A DNA stretch of 64,000 nucleotides from a candidate division WOR-3 bacterium (GTDB lineage: Bacteria; Hydrothermota; Hydrothermia; LBFQ01), in contig JALUCS010000097.1 in the NCBI GenBank assembly GCA_027050205.1, forward strand, positions 23,627 through 87,626, in the 5' to 3' direction. Both the position numbers and the translations under genes were made by a program. Of the stretch, positions 59,377 to 64,000 are shown in pieces; position 1 is the stretch's first letter; every line of letters begins with the position of its first letter. The notes under the pieces were generated by a model. It searched no databases and was not told the origin of the DNA. It was given only the letters and a program-made list of their open reading frames with translations.

Positions 59377-60102
59377 TTGAAAGGTAAATCTTCGGAAGGT
59401 GGCTCCCTCCCCCTAAGCGACTCCGGAAACCGGTACAGGGACATCGTTATAGCCATAGACGGTCCCTCCGGTGTAGGGAAGACAACCGTAGCCCGAAAGG
59501 TGGCGGACCGCCTCGGCCTCAAGGCCGTAAGCACGGGGGCGCTCTACAGGGCGGTTGCCCTCCACTTCCTGCGTAGGGGCTTAAACCCGGAGGAGCCGAG
59601 AGACGTTGAGGAGGGACTCAAAGACGTTGAGATATGGCAGGAGTACGTAGGCGGTCGCATTCGTACCTTCCTCAACGGCGAGGACGTAACGGACAAGCTG
59701 GATACCGTTGAGGTGTCCAACATGGCCTCGCGGGTGGCGGCGGTGAAGGAGGTCCGAGAGTTCCTCTTGGATGTACAGAGGAGGTTGGCCGAGGGCGGGG
59801 CCGTGGTTGAGGGTAGGGACATAGGGACAGTGGTACTACCGGACGCCGACGTCAAGATATTCTTGGACGCCTCAACCGGTGAGAGGGCGCGCAGGAGGTA
59901 CGAGCAGTTGGTATCGGAGGGCCTTAACGTATCCTACGAGGACGCCCTAAGGGACATAAAGGACCGGGATATACGGGACTCCTCACGGGACGTCGCTCCC
60001 CTTAAAAGGGCCAGGGATGCCATCTACATTGATACCACCCACATGACCGCCGAAGAGGTCGTCAACCGTATAATCAAAATCGTAAGGGAGCTGGTGCCAT
60101 GA
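59377..60102 (+). CDS. cmk: Cytidylate kinase
   Basis: IAIDGPSGVGKTT, TGALYR, EGRDIGTVV, RDIRDSSR. Start uncertain (TTG 59377 has a purine-rich RBS). Confidence 0.95.
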   Translation: MKGKSSEGGSLPLSDSGNRYRDIVIAIDGPSGVGKTTVARKVADRLGLKAVSTGALYRAVALHFLRRGLNPEEPRDVEEGLKDVEIWQEYVGGRIRTFLNGEDVTDKLDTVEVSNMASRVAAVKEVREFLLDVQRRLAEGGAVVEGRDIGTVVLPDADVKIFLDASTGERARRRYEQLVSEGLNVSYEDALRDIKDRDIRDSSRDVAPLKRARDAIYIDTTHMTAEEVVNRIIKIVRELVP

Positions 60103-60710
60103 AGGTCCTGATAGGCCTAACGGGGAACGCCGGGGCGGGGAAGAGTACGGTCGCCCGGATGTTTGAGGAGTTGGGCTTTACGGTGATAGATGCCGACAAG
60201 GAGGCCCACAAGGTCCTGACCCACCCCAAGGTTTTGGAGTTCCTCAAGGAGAAACTGCCAGAGGCTATTAGAGGGGACGGGACGGTTGATAGGGGGATAC
60301 TGGGGGAGAGAGTATTCAACGATCCCGACTTCAAGAAAGAGTTTGAGAAAATCGTGAGGCCTCTGGTCCTTGAACAGATCAAACAGGAGATAGAGAACTC
60401 CATGGCACGGGTGATAATGGTAGACGCCGCCCTCCTCTTTGAGTACGGGGTAGCCGACGCCTTTGATACCATAATCGTCGTCTGGGCGCCCGAGGAGGAA
60501 TTGGTCAGACGCCTCGTAAAGCGTGGGGTACCAGAGGAGAGAGCGAGGGCCATACTCGCCTCCCAGATGCCACAGGAGGAGAAGGTCAAACAGGCAGACT
60601 TCGTTATCCGGAACTACGGCTCAATAGAAGACGTGAGGAAACAGGTTGAGCAGGTCGCCCGTGCGATAATGCGGAAGATAGAAGAGGTGGAACTCTCCTG
60701 GTACCTATGA
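60099..60710 (+). CDS. coaE: Dephospho-CoA kinase
   Basis: [34 protein letters not shown]. Confidence 0.95.
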   Translation: MKVLIGLTGNAGAGKSTVARMFEELGFTVIDADKEAHKVLTHPKVLEFLKEKLPEAIRGDGTVDRGILGERVFNDPDFKKEFEKIVRPLVLEQIKQEIENSMARVIMVDAALLFEYGVADAFDTIIVVWAPEEELVRRLVKRGVPEERARAILASQMPQEEKVKQADFVIRNYGSIEDVRKQVEQVARAIMRKIEEVELSWYL

Positions 60711-60730
60711 CGTCCTTAAAATTCGTTCTC

Positions 60731-60804
60731 GCGCCCGTAGCTCAGTAGGATAGAGCGTCGGTCTCCGGAACCGAAGGTCGGGGGTTCGAGTCCCCCCGGG
60801 CGCG
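60731..60804 (+). tRNA. tRNA-Arg (CCG)
   Basis: GCGCCCG acceptor stem, TCGGT-CTCCGGA-ACCGA anticodon arm, TTCGAGT T loop; no CCA. Confidence 0.97.
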
Positions 60805-61029
60805 CTTCACCCTTATAATAGCCGTTGGAGGATGTATTAAAAGCCGAGTAAGTAGCGTAGCGAAGGGAGGCCGTAAGCCCGTCCCCGGGAGAGAGACAGA
60901 GGAGGCAGGGGAGGGGCAGGGAGCCGCCGAGGAGGTGTGCCTACAGCGGGTGGTCGCCTAAGAGCGGCCTATGGGAGGGACCGGCCCCAGTCCCGGCTGG
61001 GGGCTGTGAGGCGCACTGGCGGCAGAGTT

Positions 61030-61158
61030 TTGGTGTATCAAATCGCGGGACAAGGCTGTAAGTTTGTAAATTTTTAGGGATGCAAGACCGGAGGTTCAGC
61101 AAAAATCGGGGGGGAATGGCGGGGTGTAAGTTTGAAAATTATTTATCTGACGTATCGG
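61030..61158 (+). promoter_or_regulatory. CRISPR leader
   Basis: Relatively AT-rich non-coding DNA abutting the first perfect repeat; the degenerate repeats lie at the opposite end. Confidence 0.7.
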
Positions 61159-63962
61159 GTCCCAAATCTACCTTGTGGAATTTGAACCAAGGCGGACGGG
61201 GGTTTCTATATCCGCCTTGAGGGGTCCCAAATCTACCTTGTGGAATTTGAACTAAAAAATCTGTTTTAATTCCGTCCCGTCCCTATCTGCGTCCCAAATC
61301 TACCTTGTGGAATTTGAACCCGCTTTCCACGGGTACCGGACGCCCCCTATACCGGGTCCCAAATCTACCTTGTGGAATTTGAACCTCCTCGGTGGTGGTG
61401 AGGGAAAAGTCGGTCGCATAGGTCCCAAATCTACCTTGTGGAATTTGAACAATTTACCGCAGAATACGGGTTTATCGGCTCCGAACCGGTCCCAAATCTA
61501 CCTTGTGGAATTTGAACTAGGGTGAGTGGCCAACCTTGGCGGGAGAGGGGGCGGAGGTCCCAAATCTACCTTGTGGAATTTGAACTAGGCCTGTAGTCTC
61601 CGCTGTAGCCTCCGTCTCCTAGTCCCAAATCTACCTTGTGGAATTTGAACACAGCCAAACTCAGAGACCTTCTCCGATACCACGGATGTCCCAAATCTAC
61701 CTTGTGGAATTTGAACTAGCACCACCGTTGAGGACATCAGGCGGTGGCATAAGGGTCCCAAATCTACCTTGTGGAATTTGAACCAATTATATATTCCCTC
61801 TAAAGAGTCCTCTTTTATGTCCCAAATCTACCTTGTGGAATTTGAACCCATAGTAGTTGCGGTCAGCGTGCAGATAGAGGATCAGTCCCAAATCTACCTT
61901 GTGGAATTTGAACCGACGGCTGCAGCGTGATAGAGGTAGATGTCAGTCCTGTCCCAAATCTACCTTGTGGAATTTGAACGCTTCCTCTTTGTCTCGGCGG
62001 CTTTCCTTGCAGCAATGGTCCCAAATCTACCTTGTGGAATTTGAACGGCTTGACTACTATATCGAACGTCACCTCCGCCACAAGTCCCAAATCTACCTTG
62101 TGGAATTTGAACATATTAGAACAGTTATTTAGGATCGGATTTGCCGCCACGTCCCAAATCTACCTTGTGGAATTTGAACACCCTCAAAAACGTAGAGGGT
62201 GATTTTGAGTCCCTTGTCCCAAATCTACCTTGTGGAATTTGAACGTTCCCATACAGAGACTGGGGCGTTGTCCCCCATTACCCGTCCCAAATCTACCTTG
62301 TGGAATTTGAACCGAACCTCGGGTTTCGCCATAGACAGCCGTACGACGGGTCCCAAATCTACCTTGTGGAATTTGAACGGAAGTTGCTTACGAGCAACGC
62401 GGAATATGAGATAAGGTCCCAAATCTACCTTGTGGAATTTGAACTCGGTCTCGTAAGCCCCTTGGAGACGTTCTCGCCGATCGTCCCAAATCTACCTTGT
62501 GGAATTTGAACGGTAAAGTCATTAACAACGTTCTACGACGCCGTTGTTGGTCCCAAATCTACCTTGTGGAATTTGAACACCGTACCCCCGATTGTACCTG
62601 CCCGCCCCCTACAGTGTCCCAAATCTACCTTGTGGAATTTGAACTTCATGATTCTACCTCCTGTTTCTTTCTACTCTTCAGTCCCAAATCTACCTTGTGG
62701 AATTTGAACTCCTCAAGCCGCATCAGGCGGTGGCTGGGCGGGAGGTGTCCCAAATCTACCTTGTGGAATTTGAACGCAAGTGGTATAATTACGGAGGATA
62801 GCCCTTTGTTTAGTCCCAAATCTACCTTGTGGAATTTGAACCGGTTTAAGGGTGTCGTCCCCAATTACTGCAGTATAGCGTCCCAAATCTACCTTGTGGA
62901 ATTTGAACGACTGGGTTATGTACTTTAGTAATAACGGATAATGGAGTCCCAAATCTACCTTGTGGAATTTGAACCGTATATCCCATTTTCCAAATCATCC
63001 TTATCTGGGTGTCCCAAATCTACCTTGTGGAATTTGAACTTCTACAGCCGCACAGGGCGATGTTTATCACGCTTGGTCCCAAATCTACCTTGTGGAATTT
63101 GAACCAGGTGATAAAACAACCAACCGCTTCATTTCTAATCCCGTCCCAAATCTACCTTGTGGAATTTGAACACATTCCCCGGTCCGAGATTGAGGAGTTG
63201 AGACGGAGTCCCAAATCTACCTTGTGGAATTTGAACCTGTGTTTCCGCCGGAGGATGCTCAAATAGACGTCCGTCCCAAATCTACCTTGTGGAATTTGAA
63301 CGAGTTTTTTGCCGGAACGCTCAAGCAGGTCTGGGTTGGTCCCAAATCTACCTTGTGGAATTTGAACGAAAACCCTCGCCCTCATAGTGGACGGGGTAAA
63401 TCGTGGTCCCAAATCTACCTTGTGGAATTTGAACCTTTCGGATGGAATAAAACTCTTTTACCTTTACGGCCGGTCCCAAATCTACCTTGTGGAATTTGAA
63501 CCCGGGCGAACGCCTTTTTTCTACGAATAGCCTCCTCCAGTCCCAAATCTACCTTGTGGAATTTGAACGGACCTTCTTCACAATCTGGTAGATACGTTGC
63601 CGAGTGGTCCCAAATCTACCTTGTGGAATTTGAACTCTTCACGAAGCGATCATACGCGTACTTCGCCCCCACGGTCCCAAATCTACCTTGTGGAATTTGA
63701 ACTTTGATTTATCGTTTGGGTTAGGGATTGAAAAGTTTCGTCCCAAATCTACCTTGTGGAATTTGAACCAGCCGCATCCTGAGGCGTGTGGTCGCCCGCA
63801 TACTTGTCCCAAATCTACCTTGTGGAATTTGAACCACGATGGGGGACACTCGCACGAGGTGGTCGCCGCAGAGGTCCCAAATCTACCTTGTGGAATTTGA
63901 GCGGGATCTTGTTAGCGTGCTTCTGGAGCTGATCTTCAGTCCCTACCCTGTGGAATCCGAAC
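61159..63962 (+). CRISPR. CRISPR array, 43 repeats and 42 spacers
   Basis: 29-nt repeat GTCCCAAATCTACCTTGTGGAATTTGAAC: 41 perfect copies by manual count, one ending GAGC (63874) and a degenerate terminal copy GTCCCTACCCTGTGGAATCCGAAC (63939-63962). Spacers about 35-39 nt. Confidence 0.98.
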
Positions 63963-64000
63963 TCTTTCGCATCAGTTCCAAGAGTTTGGCGTAGATGTCA

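Noticed and set aside
59193..59534. N-terminal 114 aa of the 805-aa ORF 57117..59534
   Set aside because: It runs antisense through tRNA-Pro and cmk. PurN similarity and a -10 element place the start at GTG 59192.
60820..61030. RNase P, tmRNA or SRP RNA
   Set aside because: No GAGGAAAGTCC, no tRNA-like ends and no SRP loop motif.
61307..63900. ORFs within the CRISPR array
   Set aside because: They are translations of repeats (PKSTLWNLN, SQIYLVEFE).

Overview
This is a 64 kb chromosomal window from a GC-rich diderm bacterium. AGG/ATA codon use suggests a thermophile, and PorV plus T9SS-type C-terminal domains suggest an FCB-adjacent lineage such as WOR-3 (inference only). Housekeeping content: acpP-fabF, folC, mfd, an acyl-CoA carboxylase beta subunit, rpe, glnA, murJ, secG, pyrR, etfBA, a purN-purH fusion, cmk, coaE and three tRNAs (fMet-CAT, Pro-CGG, Arg-CCG). 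Accessory content: a 15 kb ExbB-ExbD-ExbD-TonB-TonB_C-TBDR-PorV operon with three T9SS-CTD-like proteins, two FG-GAP/CTD paralogues, six tandem Uma2-family nuclease genes with a hypervariable segment, and a 42-spacer CRISPR array with no cas genes in the window. Signals the ORF track misses: an unannotated 36-aa gene with a RiPP-leader-like KPYxKPxI motif and its own promoter, RBS and terminator; window-wide leaderless-type promoters with a CC(G/T)TAnAAT motif; ultra-short N-terminal export signals; near-total avoidance of TCGA; and archaeal-lipid-type G1PDH and geranylgeranyl reductase genes. All calls come from reading the sequence by eye; no searches were run.
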